Source: an uncultured Thermoleophilia bacterium
GTDB lineage: Bacteria > Actinomycetota > Thermoleophilia > UBA2241
Reading direction: 5' to 3'
Length of the DNA stretch: 64,000 bases
Assembly (NCBI GenBank): GCA_963702475.1
Contig: CAVPCT010000005.1
Span: 320,001-384,000 of the forward strand
Under the pieces are notes generated by a model, which searched no databases, was not told the DNA's origin, and saw only the letters and a list, made by a program, of their open reading frames with translations. Below, piece after piece: positions 1 through 9,558 of this stretch. A program made the translations under genes and the position numbers. Position 1 is the stretch's first letter. Every line of letters begins with the position of its first letter.

Positions 1-156
1 GGGATGTGCGCCTGTGCGCAGAAGATCCGGCCAGTCCCGCAAGTCGAAGAGCTGGCCGCGCCGGTAGAGCAGCGCCTCGCCGTACTCGAAGAAGTACGCC
101 GGACGACCGCTCTCGCGGACCTCCGCGAGCGACAGGATCGTGCGCCTCACCTCCAT
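1..156 (-). CDS. hypothetical protein, 5' part only (runs off window edge)
   Basis: ATG at 156 opens MEVRRTILSLAEVRESGRPAYFFEYGEALLYRRGQLFDLRDW with GC3-biased codons and no stop before position 1. Confidence 0.4.
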   Translation of the reverse strand, partial: MEVRRTILSLAEVRESGRPAYFFEYGEALLYRRGQLFDLRDWPDLLRTGAHP

Positions 157-359
157 GTCGGCAGTGTTCCCACCGTTCGGTGACGACAACAGTGTTAGAC
201 CGACATGCAAGCGGGAGGTCCTCGTCGGGCACGGGGCTACGCGTCCCCCACCGCGATGGACGGCGGTACGGCGGTGCCTCGGCTTCGTGGTCGTGGAGAC
301 GGTCTACCGGCAGGCGAGAGGGACGGAACGCACGGCGAGAGACGAACTGCTGATAAGAG

Positions 360-436
360 TGGTAGCGGCGGTAGGACTCGAACCTACGACACGCGGATTA
401 TGATTCCGCTGCTCTGACCAGCTGAGCTACGCCGCC
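360..436 (-). tRNA. tRNA-Met (CAT)
   Basis: Reverse complement GGCGGCGTAGCTCAGCTGGTCAGAGCAGCGGAATCATAATCCGCGTGTCGTAGGTTCGAGTCCTACCGCCGCTACCA; cloverleaf, CAT anticodon, encoded CCA. Confidence 0.93.
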
Positions 437-656
437 ACGCGGGGATGCATACGGTACCACAGGCGAACGGGGACGCTCAATCCACGGCCGGTCCGAGTGG
501 CCTGACCCGGAACGGGGTTCGGACCAGCGTTCGGGACCGCACGGCCCGAGGTCGTCTGCGGCATCTCCGGGCGCGCCCGGCACATCACCAGCCGCCATGT
601 CCCCGAAGGCGCCCGGCACGGTCGGAGGGGCCGCCGGCGGCCGCCCTCGCGCACGG

Positions 657-685
657 TTGAAAGCGCTCCGGCTTTGGGCTAGGAT
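657..685 (+). promoter_or_regulatory. sigma70-type promoter for tRNA-Tyr/tRNA-Thr
   Basis: TTGAAA-17bp-TAGGAT, 12 nt upstream of tRNA-Tyr. Confidence 0.6.
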
Positions 686-697
686 TCCTCGGCTCCC

Positions 698-782
698 GGG
701 GGAGTGCCCGAGTGGTTAAAGGGGGCGGACTGTAAATCCGTTGGCGCAGCCTACCCAGGTTCAAATCCTGGCTCCCCCACCA
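698..782 (+). tRNA. tRNA-Tyr (GTA)
   Basis: GGGGGAG/CTCCCCC acceptor stem, GGACTGTAAATCC anticodon arm, long variable arm, GGTTCAAATCC T arm, CCA. Confidence 0.95.
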
Positions 783-786
783 GCAG

Positions 787-862
787 GCCCGGTTAGCTCA
801 GTCGGCAGAGCACCTCCATGGTAAGGAGGGGGTCCGCGGTTCGAATCCGCGACCGGGCTCCA
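787..862 (+). tRNA. tRNA-Thr (GGT)
   Basis: GCCCGGTTAGCTCAG...CTCCATGGTAAGGAG...GGTTCGAATCC...ACCGGGCTCCA. Confidence 0.95.
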
Positions 863-1006
863 GTCTCTCCCCCACCTCTCTCGTTTCTCTCCGCCGCACG
901 CTCCTCACGCCGCCCCGTCGGGGGAGACGCCGTGGTCCCCGCTGCACCGGGTGTGGGCGACCTGCGGCAAGCACGAGGCCCTGGACGAGGCGGGCTCCGA
1001 GTGCCA

Positions 1007-2431
1007 CTAGGCCATCGGGATGCTCGTGCTCGCGCAGGCCTGAGCAGCCTCGGACCCCGCGGCCTCGCCCGCGGCGGCGGCGCCGGCCGACGACACGCTG
1101 CCGCAGACGGTGCCGGCCAGCAAGAGCGGCACGCCGCCGGGCAGACGGTGACGGGCGACGCCGTCTGCCGCCGGCGGCGCAGCCGCGACGACAGGCTCGA
1201 GCACGAACGCGCCGGCGGCGAGCGCCTGTCTCACCAGCTCGTCGGCCGCGAGGCCGCCCGCGGCCACGCACACGAGGTCGCACGTGAGGCGCACGCACCG
1301 GCGTCCGGCGCCGCCCGGGCCCTCGAGCGCGAGCGTCGCGGCCCGCACCGAGACACGCCCGTGGGCGCGTAAGTCGCGCACACCGCCGAAGACCGGCGCG
1401 GGCGGACCGGTGGCGGCGCGTGCGGACCCGAGCGGCTCGCGTCCGCCGGCGCGCAAGTCGGCGACGGCGACCACCTCCACGCCTCCCGCGGCGAGCTCGG
1501 CGGCCAGCACGTAGCCGTCGTCGCGGTCGGTGACGACGAGGGCTCGACGACGCGCGAGCGCGCCGCAGCGCAGCAGGCGGCGCGCGGCTCCGCAAGCGAG
1601 GACGCCGGGCAGGTCGCCGCCGCGGAACGGCGGGATCCGCTCGTGCACTCCCGTGGCCAGGACCACGGCGGCGGGCTCCACAAGCAGCAGGTCGTCGCCG
1701 GCGACCACGGCGAGGACGCCCTCCTCGTACCAGCCGGCGACCTCCGCGCCGGTCAGCACGCGGAGACCCCCTCCCCGCGCCAGCTCGCCGACGCGCGTCC
1801 GCAGGCGCCGCGGCTCGGGGCCGTCGACGGCGCGCCCGCCGAGGAGCGGGTGACGCTCCACCAGCAGCGTCGGCGCGCCTGCGCCGGCGGCCGCCACGGC
1901 GGCGCTCATGCCGGCGACCCCTCCCCCGGTCACGACCACGCCGCCGCGCACGCGCTCGAGCCGCGCCCGCGCCAGCAGCCGCGCAGCCGCCTCGCGCTCC
2001 GGCAGGGCGGTCTGCCCCGCGGCGCGGGCCAGGACGCGTTCCGCCACGTGCCAGGCGCGCGGCGAACGCCGGAACCACGAGTAGTAGAAGCCGGCGTGCA
2101 GCAGGGGCGCGGCAAGCTCCGCCGCGCGCCCCAGGTCTGCGCCGGCCGACGGCCACCCTCCTTCCCGCTCGACCGCCATGCCCTCGCGCACCGGCGTGAT
2201 GCACGTGCGCACGCCGGGGAGCCCGTCCACGCGCATGGCGCAGCACGAGCACGTCCCGTTACCGCAGCGTACGCCTCGGGGGCGGTGGAACTTCGACGAC
2301 CGCCCGAACACCCGCAGCCCGTGTGCGGTCAGGGCCGCGGCCACGGTCACACCCTCGGGCGCCGTGAGCGTCCGACCTTCGAACCTGAACCGCACCAGCG
2401 GTACGCCGGGGTCGGCGGAGCCGCGCATCAC
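1007..2431 (-). CDS. sarcosine oxidase alpha / dye-linked proline dehydrogenase alpha-like subunit (2Fe-2S + FAD/NAD oxidoreductase)
   Basis: N-terminal RSSKFHRPRGVRCGNGTCSCC...RTC Fe-S domain and GGGVAGMSAA Rossmann motif; overlaps the upstream beta subunit gene. Confidence 0.8.
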   Translation of the reverse strand: MMRGSADPGVPLVRFRFEGRTLTAPEGVTVAAALTAHGLRVFGRSSKFHRPRGVRCGNGTCSCCAMRVDGLPGVRTCITPVREGMAVEREGGWPSAGADLGRAAELAAPLLHAGFYYSWFRRSPRAWHVAERVLARAAGQTALPEREAAARLLARARLERVRGGVVVTGGGVAGMSAAVAAAGAGAPTLLVERHPLLGGRAVDGPEPRRLRTRVGELARGGGLRVLTGAEVAGWYEEGVLAVVAGDDLLLVEPAAVVLATGVHERIPPFRGGDLPGVLACGAARRLLRCGALARRRALVVTDRDDGYVLAAELAAGGVEVVAVADLRAGGREPLGSARAATGPPAPVFGGVRDLRAHGRVSVRAATLALEGPGGAGRRCVRLTCDLVCVAAGGLAADELVRQALAAGAFVLEPVVAAAPPAADGVARHRLPGGVPLLLAGTVCGSVSSAGAAAAGEAAGSEAAQACASTSIPMA

Positions 2432-3651
2432 CCCTCCTCCCCCGCGGACACGACCAGAGACGGCTCATGGATGAGCCTGCCCTCGCGCAGACGGTCGATG
2501 GTGAACGGCGCCAGCAGCTCCGGAGTCCTGCCGGTGGCGATCAGCTCCCCGAGCAGCGCGCCGGCGGCCGGGGCGCCCATGAACCCGTACACCCAGCCGC
2601 AGTCGAGGTAGAAGCCGTCGAGCTCGGGCACGGGCCCGAGCACCGGCGCCACGTCCTCGGCCTGGGTGCACACGCCGGCCCAGTGCCGCATGAGGCGGAC
2701 CCCGGCGAGGGACGGGAGCAGGCGCGTGAACTTGGCGGCCATGTCGCGCGCGCCCGCCAGCGATGCGCGCAGGTCCTGCTCCTCCCGGACGGGCACCGGT
2801 TCGGTGCCTCCGACGATCTCGCCGCGCGTAGTCTGATGGCAGTACGCGAGGTGGCGCGGCGAGCTGAGAGCGGGGCGGAGGAACGGCCGCAGGGGCTCGG
2901 TGACCATGGCCTCCAGGACGTAGGTGCGCAGCGGCACCTCGACGCCGGCCAGGCGGGCGACGCCGGCAGCGTGGCCGCCGGCGGCGTCCACCACCAGCGG
3001 CGTCGCGACGTGGCCGCGGCTGGTGCAGACCCCGGTCACGCGGCCGGCGACGGTCTCCACCGCGGTCACCTCGGTGCACGGGTGGACCTCGGCGCCGAGT
3101 CCGGCCCCGGCCCGGATGTAGCCCCACACCACGGCGTCGTGATGGGCGAACCCGGCGTCCGGCTGGTACATGGCGCCGCGGACCTGGCCGGGGGCCAGCG
3201 CCGGCGCCAGCTCGAGGGTCTCGGCGGCGCCGAGCACGCGCGTGCGCAGGCCGAGCGCACGCTGCATGCGCACGTGACGCTCGAAGGCGGCGACCTCGTC
3301 GTCGCTCGCCGCGAGCACCGCGTAGCCGGCCGCCGTGAACAGCACGTTGAAGTCCAGCTCGGCGGACAGCGTGCGCCAGCGCCGCAGGCTCTCGTCGAAC
3401 AGGCCCATCCACTCCTTCGAGGCGAAGGCCGAGCGGATGAGCTCGCCGTTGCGGCCGCTGGCGCCGGCGCCGGGGTACGCCGCGTCGAGGACGGCGACGC
3501 GGCCGACGCCCCGGCGCGCCAGTTCGTGCGCGACGGCCAGCCCCTGCACACCCGCCCCGATGACGACCACGTCGTAGGCGCGCCGGAGCGCGCCGGTGCA
3601 GGCGCCGGGGACGACCCTACCGCCGGGCATGACCCGGTCACGGACGCTCAT
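2428..3651 (-). CDS. FAD-dependent oxidoreductase, sarcosine oxidase beta / DAO family
   Basis: VVIGAGVQG, GASGRNG, RHWAG and GFMGAPAAG motifs. Confidence 0.85.
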   Translation of the reverse strand: MSVRDRVMPGGRVVPGACTGALRRAYDVVVIGAGVQGLAVAHELARRGVGRVAVLDAAYPGAGASGRNGELIRSAFASKEWMGLFDESLRRWRTLSAELDFNVLFTAAGYAVLAASDDEVAAFERHVRMQRALGLRTRVLGAAETLELAPALAPGQVRGAMYQPDAGFAHHDAVVWGYIRAGAGLGAEVHPCTEVTAVETVAGRVTGVCTSRGHVATPLVVDAAGGHAAGVARLAGVEVPLRTYVLEAMVTEPLRPFLRPALSSPRHLAYCHQTTRGEIVGGTEPVPVREEQDLRASLAGARDMAAKFTRLLPSLAGVRLMRHWAGVCTQAEDVAPVLGPVPELDGFYLDCGWVYGFMGAPAAGALLGELIATGRTPELLAPFTIDRLREGRLIHEPSLVVSAGEEG

Positions 3652-3934
3652 CGCCGCCTTCGCCCGCGCCGGCCGCCAGCGTACCCAGCCGCACCGGCCA
3701 CAGCGGCGGACGCACCGGCGGAGCCGGCACGTCCGCCGGATCCCGCCCCGTCAGCTCGGCGAGGAGCAGGCGCACGGCCTCGCCGCAGCTCTTGCCCTGG
3801 CACGGCCCGGTGAACGCGCCGGTGAACCGTTTGAGCGTCTCGACGTCGGCGTAGCCGGCGGCGACGGCGCGCCGCACATCTCCGGCGGTCACGTCACGGC
3901 AGAGGCAGAGGATGACCCTGTCGTCCATCGTCAC
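3638..3934 (-). CDS. BFD-like (2Fe-2S)-binding small subunit
   Basis: CLCRDVT...LKRFTGAFTGPCQGKSC...RPPLWPV pattern of SoxA/BFD-like domains. Confidence 0.85.
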   Translation of the reverse strand: MTMDDRVILCLCRDVTAGDVRRAVAAGYADVETLKRFTGAFTGPCQGKSCGEAVRLLLAELTGRDPADVPAPPVRPPLWPVRLGTLAAGAGEGGDERP

Positions 3935-3979
3935 CTCAGGGGTCGACGGTGCGTCCCGGTCGCCCGCCTCCGCGACACG

Positions 3980-5164
3980 TCAGTACGCGCAGGTCAGGGT
4001 CGCGTCCACGTGGATGTCGCGGCGGTTGCACTCGGCGAAGTACGCCTCGGGCGGGATACAGGCCTCGCCGCCGAACGCGCCGCGCTCTGTGATCACGCCA
4101 CGCCCGAGCAGCAGCACCGTCACGGCCGAGAGGAACCCCACCGTGAACGCCCCGCACGACATGTCCCACGGCGGGTACGGGTGCTGGATGCTCTCGAGGC
4201 GGTAGTCCTGCAGCTGCCCGTCCCTGGTACCGCGCACGTCCACGCGCAGCACCTTGTGGTCGTCGGGTCTCGGCGGCGGGCCTGCGGCGGCCGCCTCCTT
4301 CAGCGACTCCTCCACCAGCTTCATGAGCAGGGCGCGCGGGACGACCTCCACCCCGTCCACCCCCAGCGGCTCCTTGCCGGCCAGGCCGAGCTCCACCACG
4401 AAACGCAGCTTGTCCTCGAACGCCTTGGGCAGCGACAGCTGGAAGCTCACCTCGCGGATGCCCTTGTCGCGGAACGACACGGGGATCGTCTGCGGCTCGG
4501 AGTGGATCGTGTAGAAGCAGGTCTGCGTGCCGACCGGCTCCGGGAAGTCGATGACCTCGGCGCCGGAGAACGGCGTCATCTCGCACCAGTCGCCGTCCTT
4601 GAAGATCCACGGGTCCATCATGAACTCGTTGAGAAGGGTGTCGAGAGAATACGGGGGGACGAGAGGCGCCCAGGCCGGCGCGAAGTTGACGATGCCGTCG
4701 CGGATCCTGACCCATTCGACGGTGTCCAGGCGGAGCGACGCATACCGCGCCATCACGTTGACGATTCCGGGCGCCGAGCCCGAGCCGCAGACCGCCGTGA
4801 GCCCGGCGGCCTCGAACCGGTCGTGCATCTCGAGCTGCTTCTTCGCCCAGTGGAAGAGGCCGCCCATATCGGTGTAGTGGCACCCGGCGGCGAGGCACGC
4901 CTCCATGATGCCCTCGTTGAAGTAGGGCAGCGTGGCGTTGAGACAGACGTCGATGCCGTCGAGCGCCGTCGCCGTGGCGGCGCGGTCGGTGACGTCCACG
5001 ACCGCCTGGGAGACCTTGGCGGCATCGAGAGCCTCCACGCGACCGCGCAGCGCGGTCGCGTCGGCGTCCGCCAGAAGGAGCGCCTCGACCTCGTCGTTCT
5101 CCACGAGCTCACGCACGGCGCCCTGCGCCATCTTGCCGGCGCCGCCCATCACGCAGACCTTCAC
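3980..5164 (-). CDS. saccharopine dehydrogenase family protein (lysine 6-dehydrogenase-like)
   Basis: GGAGKMA NAD-binding motif, GCHYTDMGG, GSAPGIVN and HSE motifs; GGAGGG RBS. Confidence 0.85.
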   Translation of the reverse strand: MKVCVMGGAGKMAQGAVRELVENDEVEALLLADADATALRGRVEALDAAKVSQAVVDVTDRAATATALDGIDVCLNATLPYFNEGIMEACLAAGCHYTDMGGLFHWAKKQLEMHDRFEAAGLTAVCGSGSAPGIVNVMARYASLRLDTVEWVRIRDGIVNFAPAWAPLVPPYSLDTLLNEFMMDPWIFKDGDWCEMTPFSGAEVIDFPEPVGTQTCFYTIHSEPQTIPVSFRDKGIREVSFQLSLPKAFEDKLRFVVELGLAGKEPLGVDGVEVVPRALLMKLVEESLKEAAAAGPPPRPDDHKVLRVDVRGTRDGQLQDYRLESIQHPYPPWDMSCGAFTVGFLSAVTVLLLGRGVITERGAFGGEACIPPEAYFAECNRRDIHVDATLTCAY

Positions 5165-5369
5165 GGAGCCCTCCTCTCCCGGGAAGCCGCCGCCGAGCCC
5201 CCCTCCGGGGGCAGGGCGGCGGCTGCTGCTGTCGCCTCGACGCTAGCACCCGGACTCGGCGACGGGCAAGGTCGGCGGCGAGAGGACGGGAAGCGCTCGG
5301 CCGCGCCGCCGAGCGCGCCGCCGGCCGCGTCTCAGCGCGCGACGACGAGCCGCCGGCCGCCGCGCCCGC

Positions 5370-6245
5370 TCAGCCCGGGCAGCGGAACTGGAAGTCGTCC
5401 TTGTAGTAGACCTCGCCGCACTCCGGGCAGCGCAGCTCGTACCAGTACCCGATGGCCACGCCGTGACGCTCGCAGAAGCGGATGCGGGCAGCCAGGACCT
5501 CGAGCTCGCTGCTGCCGCAGGCCATGCAGGTGAGGAGCACGTCGTCACCCAGGTCGTAGGCCTGCTCCAGCCGCTGCATGGCCCCGGTCGCGCCCTGATG
5601 GGCCGGCAGCTCGGCCTCGTGGGCGCAGGCGTCGTTCGCCTTGGGCACCTCGTGGACGTCGAGCGCCGTCACGAGCCCGGGGAGAAAGGCCAGCCTGAGA
5701 CCCTGGGAGCGCAGGTACCCCTGGAACGCGCAGTGGCCGCGGCGCTCACCGAACAGCTTGCACTCGTGCTGGGTGACCAGAGCACGTCGCGCGACGTAGC
5801 AGCGCATGTCGAGGTGGTCCACCTCCACCGGCTCCACGTGCACCGAGCGCGGCCGGCCGCGGCCGCGGCGGTAGTCGGCCGGCTGGACCAGGGAGAGGCA
5901 GCCGAGCGTGGGATCGGACTCGAGCGCCGCGACGGCGCGCTCGAGCCAGCCGGGCTCGAACTGGAGGGTGTCGTCCACCCGCACCAGGTAGTCCCCTTCC
6001 ACCATGTGGAAGGCGCGGTCGAGGCCGCAGTGCGTGCCGTGGCGGTCGCCGTTGTCGAGCTGGATGGCGTCCACGCGACCGCGCAGGTACTGCCGCACCA
6101 GGTAGGTGGCCACCATCTCGTCGGCGTCGTCGGCGAAGACCACGACGCCAGCGGGCCTGTCCACCGTCTCACGCACCCCACGCAGCACCGTCCGCAGGGC
6201 TGCGACGCCGTGGCTGGTGTGTACGACGATGCCTGCGCTGCTCAC
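5370..6245 (-). CDS. glycosyltransferase family 2-like protein with C-terminal zinc ribbon
   Basis: GDYLVRVDD...PGWLE GT-A-like motif; C-terminal CMAC...CPEC. Confidence 0.6.
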   Translation of the reverse strand: MSSAGIVVHTSHGVAALRTVLRGVRETVDRPAGVVVFADDADEMVATYLVRQYLRGRVDAIQLDNGDRHGTHCGLDRAFHMVEGDYLVRVDDTLQFEPGWLERAVAALESDPTLGCLSLVQPADYRRGRGRPRSVHVEPVEVDHLDMRCYVARRALVTQHECKLFGERRGHCAFQGYLRSQGLRLAFLPGLVTALDVHEVPKANDACAHEAELPAHQGATGAMQRLEQAYDLGDDVLLTCMACGSSELEVLAARIRFCERHGVAIGYWYELRCPECGEVYYKDDFQFRCPG

Positions 6246-6389
6246 GACCGGCCCTCGCCGGCCGGCAGACTTCCGGTACTGTGCCCGCTCGCCCTCACGG
6301 GCCTAATTATCTCTGCGTGTGAAGGAGAGCACAAGTGGGCGCACCGCGGCGCGCCCTGAGACTCGGACGGCGGCCGCGGCCCCGAGCCG

Positions 6390-7058
6390 TCAGTCGAGCC
6401 CGACCAGGCCTTCCCTGATCGCGTACTTCACGAGGTCGGTGACCTTGTGGAGCTTGAGCTTCTCCATGATGTTGCCGCGGTGCGTCTCGACGGTCTTGCG
6501 GCTGAGACACAGCAGATCGGCGATGTCCTGGTTGGAGTTGCCCTCGGCGATGAGCTTGAGGACCTCCCGCTCCCGGGCCGTGAGCTCCTCCGCGGGGCGG
6601 AACGAGACCGGGTCGTGCACGCGCGCCAGGTAGTCGTTCAGTACTGTCTCCAGAGCGGACGGCTGCAGCACCTGCGAGCCCCCCATCACGGCGCGGATGG
6701 CGGAGATGAGCTCCTCCGTGGACACCGTCTTGAGGAGGTACCCGCTGGCGCCGGCCTGCACGAGGCGCAGCACGCAGTCTTTGCGGTCGTTGCGCGTGAG
6801 CGCCAGCACCTTGATGTGAGGGTAGCGGCGCAGCACCGACCCCGTGAGCTCGAGGCCGTTCATGCGCGGCATGATGGTCTCGGTGACGATGACGTCGGGG
6901 TGGGTGGCGCCGACCACGCGGAGAGCCTCGAGGCCGTCGGGCGCCTCGCCCACCACCTCGATGTCGGGCTGCGCGTCGAGCAGGGCTTTGACGCCCTGTC
7001 GCTCGATGGCGTGGTCGTCCACGAGCAGGACGCGGATGGTGACTCCCACGCCGTTCAC
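6390..7058 (-). CDS. NarL/LuxR-family response regulator (atypical receiver)
   Basis: IRVLLVDDH receiver and LTAREREVL...NQDIA..LCLSRKTVETHRGNIMEKL HTH; GTG start at 7058 after GAGGAGG. Confidence 0.9.
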   Translation of the reverse strand: MNGVGVTIRVLLVDDHAIERQGVKALLDAQPDIEVVGEAPDGLEALRVVGATHPDVIVTETIMPRMNGLELTGSVLRRYPHIKVLALTRNDRKDCVLRLVQAGASGYLLKTVSTEELISAIRAVMGGSQVLQPSALETVLNDYLARVHDPVSFRPAEELTAREREVLKLIAEGNSNQDIADLLCLSRKTVETHRGNIMEKLKLHKVTDLVKYAIREGLVGLD

Positions 7059-7250
7059 ACGACCCCTCCTCTGCGCGACGAGCCCGTCCCCCTGGGCCGC
7101 CGCCCGTCGGGTAGCTCCACTCCATGTGATTCTAGGTGCAAGCACCTAGCCGCAGCAAGGGTGATGGCCCGAGGCGCGCGTAGGGGCGGCCGCGGCCCCG
7201 TCTTTCCGCCGCGGCCCCGGCGTCGCCGCCCCGACCACGATCGCGCGCCG

Positions 7251-7652
7251 TCACCTCACCTTGACAGTCACGACCTCGGAGGTGTTCGCCGTCGACTGGC
7301 GTGTCACGCGCACGCGCAGCTCGTAGAGGCCCTTCTTGGCCGGCGACTTCCACTTGAGCGAGTAGGCGCCGTTCGTGAGGTTCTCGGAGGCGGCGTTCCT
7401 CCACGCCTTCTTGGAGGCGAGCCTGTACTGCAAGGTGGCCTTCACGGTGTGTGTCGGCGGGACGGCCTCGGCCCCCACCACCGTGATGGTCTTGCGTGCC
7501 TTGACCACCGACGGCGCGTCGATGGACACGGCCGTCATGTGGCACAGCGCCGTCGTCGCCCCGGTGCGCGGCGCTCCGACGACGGCGAACGCCAGGACGG
7601 CGACGGTCAGCACGACGGCGGCCGCGGTGAGCCCTGTGAGCATGCCCTTCAT
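7251..7652 (-). CDS. secreted Lys-rich beta-sandwich protein
   Basis: MKGMLTG signal peptide after GAGGGGAG RBS; beta-rich basic C-terminus ending TVKVR. Confidence 0.65.
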   Translation of the reverse strand: MKGMLTGLTAAAVVLTVAVLAFAVVGAPRTGATTALCHMTAVSIDAPSVVKARKTITVVGAEAVPPTHTVKATLQYRLASKKAWRNAASENLTNGAYSLKWKSPAKKGLYELRVRVTRQSTANTSEVVTVKVR

Positions 7653-7784
7653 GCGTCTCCCCCTCTTCTCCCTGCGGCGCGTGCGCGCCGCGCCCAGCGA
7701 CACCATCGTAGCGCGACCGGCGGGGGCGGCGCCGTTTTGCGCCCAGCCACGCGTTGCCCTAGAATCCCTAGGCTTGTTTCGTGG

Positions 7785-7860
7785 GCCGACGTAGCTCAGC
7801 TGGCAGAGCACATCACTCGTAATGATGGGGTCCGGGGTTCGATTCCCCGCGTCGGCTCCA
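7785..7860 (+). tRNA. tRNA-Thr (CGT)
   Basis: GCCGACGTAGCTCAG...CATCACTCGTAATGATG...GGTTCGATTCC...CGTCGGCTCCA. Confidence 0.95.
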
Positions 7861-7963
7861 GTTTCTTTCCTGCTGCACCGGTGCTACACGGGGCTTTCGC
7901 GTGTCTCGCTTGCCTTCCCTTTCGTACCAGAGATGCCACGCTGCCCACATCTGCCACTTGCGG

Positions 7964-8659
7964 TCACTTCACTACGAGCGTGTTGCGGCCCACGGAAACC
8001 TGCGCGTTGCCCGTTCTGTCGATGGCCATCACGAGCCACCGGTACCGGCCCTTCGGCAGGCAGATCTTCTTCTTGAAGCTTGTCAGAGCGTTGATCTCCG
8101 TCCGCCCAACGAGGTAGCTGGCCACGCGCTTCCCGTGCTTCTTCAGCACGATGCGAACGATATCTGCGTCGCTCCCCTTGTCCCGCACCTTGAACCGAAA
8201 CGTGGCAGCCCCGTGCCGCCGGACCTTGACCGCATACGGGGCCTTCGTTGCCGGACCCGTGGTATCCAGGGCCAGGTACAACCCCATCTCTCCCGCTGCG
8301 TACACCTCGTTGCCTTCCGAGTCCACGTACCGGGCGAAGACCGTGTGGAGCGATCCCTGCTCGCCGGCAACGGTGAACGTCACGGAGTCCGCGAACGGCA
8401 CCCACGAGGCCTGGTCGACGTTGTACTGGGGTATCAGACCCTTATCGTTCGGGGCCCTCAGGGTGTTGCGAGGCCCGCACCAGTCGTAGTAGATGGTCTC
8501 GTCGCCTGCCTCGACGTAGATGCCGCCGAAGCCCATGCTCATGCCGGTGGCGTCCCAGGAATCGTCTTCGGCCGCCGCTGCGGCACAGTAAGTACCGAAG
8601 ATCACGGTGAGCAGGAGGAGTGTAGGGAGGAATGCCCCGACCCTGGCTCGCTGCGACAT
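7964..8659 (-). CDS. secreted hypothetical protein with Ig-like domains
   Basis: Signal peptide ending AAAAA, LDTTGPAT linker, Lys-rich C-terminal domain ending TLVVK. Confidence 0.7.
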   Translation of the reverse strand: MSQRARVGAFLPTLLLLTVIFGTYCAAAAAEDDSWDATGMSMGFGGIYVEAGDETIYYDWCGPRNTLRAPNDKGLIPQYNVDQASWVPFADSVTFTVAGEQGSLHTVFARYVDSEGNEVYAAGEMGLYLALDTTGPATKAPYAVKVRRHGAATFRFKVRDKGSDADIVRIVLKKHGKRVASYLVGRTEINALTSFKKKICLPKGRYRWLVMAIDRTGNAQVSVGRNTLVVK

Positions 8660-8984
8660 GTGCCCCCCTCAGTCGGCCAGCCTACTCTAGCACCTTCGCA
8701 GAGGTGACGATCTCCCAACAGGGCTGCTTCCCCGAGAGATGGGTCATGCCAAGGATACGAGACTCCCGGCAGGAGCACGGCCGTGAACGGGAGGCTGTTG
8801 TCCGCCGGGCGCACCACGCGGCCACCGCAGTCAGGCGGAGTCTTCGCGGTGCTTCACGCGCCGTTGTCAGGTGACCACCCCACGCCCGTCTGAGGCCCTC
8901 ACCCCATGTTCCCGATAGGGGTGTTGTGTCGTACTACACGGTGAGAGTCGTGTGGAGCGGCTCCAGTCAAAGAAAGGGGGCGTC

Positions 8985-9128
8985 ATGAGTGGCTGGGTTA
9001 TCCTGGCGTGGCTCGGCGTCACCGCCATCACCATTCTCCGGATCGCGCTCATCGTAGGCCTCGTGGCCATCGCAGTGCTGGTCGTGAGGGGCGTCTGGCG
9101 TTACCACATGGCACAGCCTATGTCCTGA
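8985..9128 (+). CDS. small hydrophobic membrane protein (47 aa), absent from ORF track
   Basis: AAGAAAGGGGG RBS then MSGWVILAWLGVTAITILRIALIVGLVAIAVLVVRGVWRYHMAQPMS-TGA. Confidence 0.55.
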   Translation: MSGWVILAWLGVTAITILRIALIVGLVAIAVLVVRGVWRYHMAQPMS

Positions 9129-9558
9129 CGGGCCGTCGTCGACGCCGGCGGAGCAGGCGACCACCACCTGCCCGCCCCCGTCACGTCCCGCCCCATCGTG
9201 CTCCACACGCGGCCGGTGGGTGAGAGAGCTTCCTCACCCGCCGGCCGCTTCTTCGTCTGACGGCGCGAGCGCCGAACGGCACCGTTATGCTGCCAAGCGG
9301 GTAGACCCGCTCTCGAAGGTGCTCCTGACATGCGCTGCACGCACGGGAGGCCATGATCCGCCGGGGCACGACGCGGCCACCACTGCCTGGCGGGGAGCCA
9401 CTGGTGAGACCGGCCCGAGGGCCGGTCTCGCTTCGTTCCGGGCGGGCCGGCGGCCGGGAGCTGTCGAGACCGCGGGACGAAGGAGGCGGCGATGGCGGAG
9501 CCTTCCTGCCGGACGTCGGCAGCATCCCAATCCACACGCGAGATCGCAGGGGAAGCAG

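Noticed and set aside
1007-1009. Read-through of terminal TAG stops at 1007, 9868 and 62728
   Set aside because: The proteins appear complete at these stops and downstream frames show no recognisable family sequence; treated as real stops
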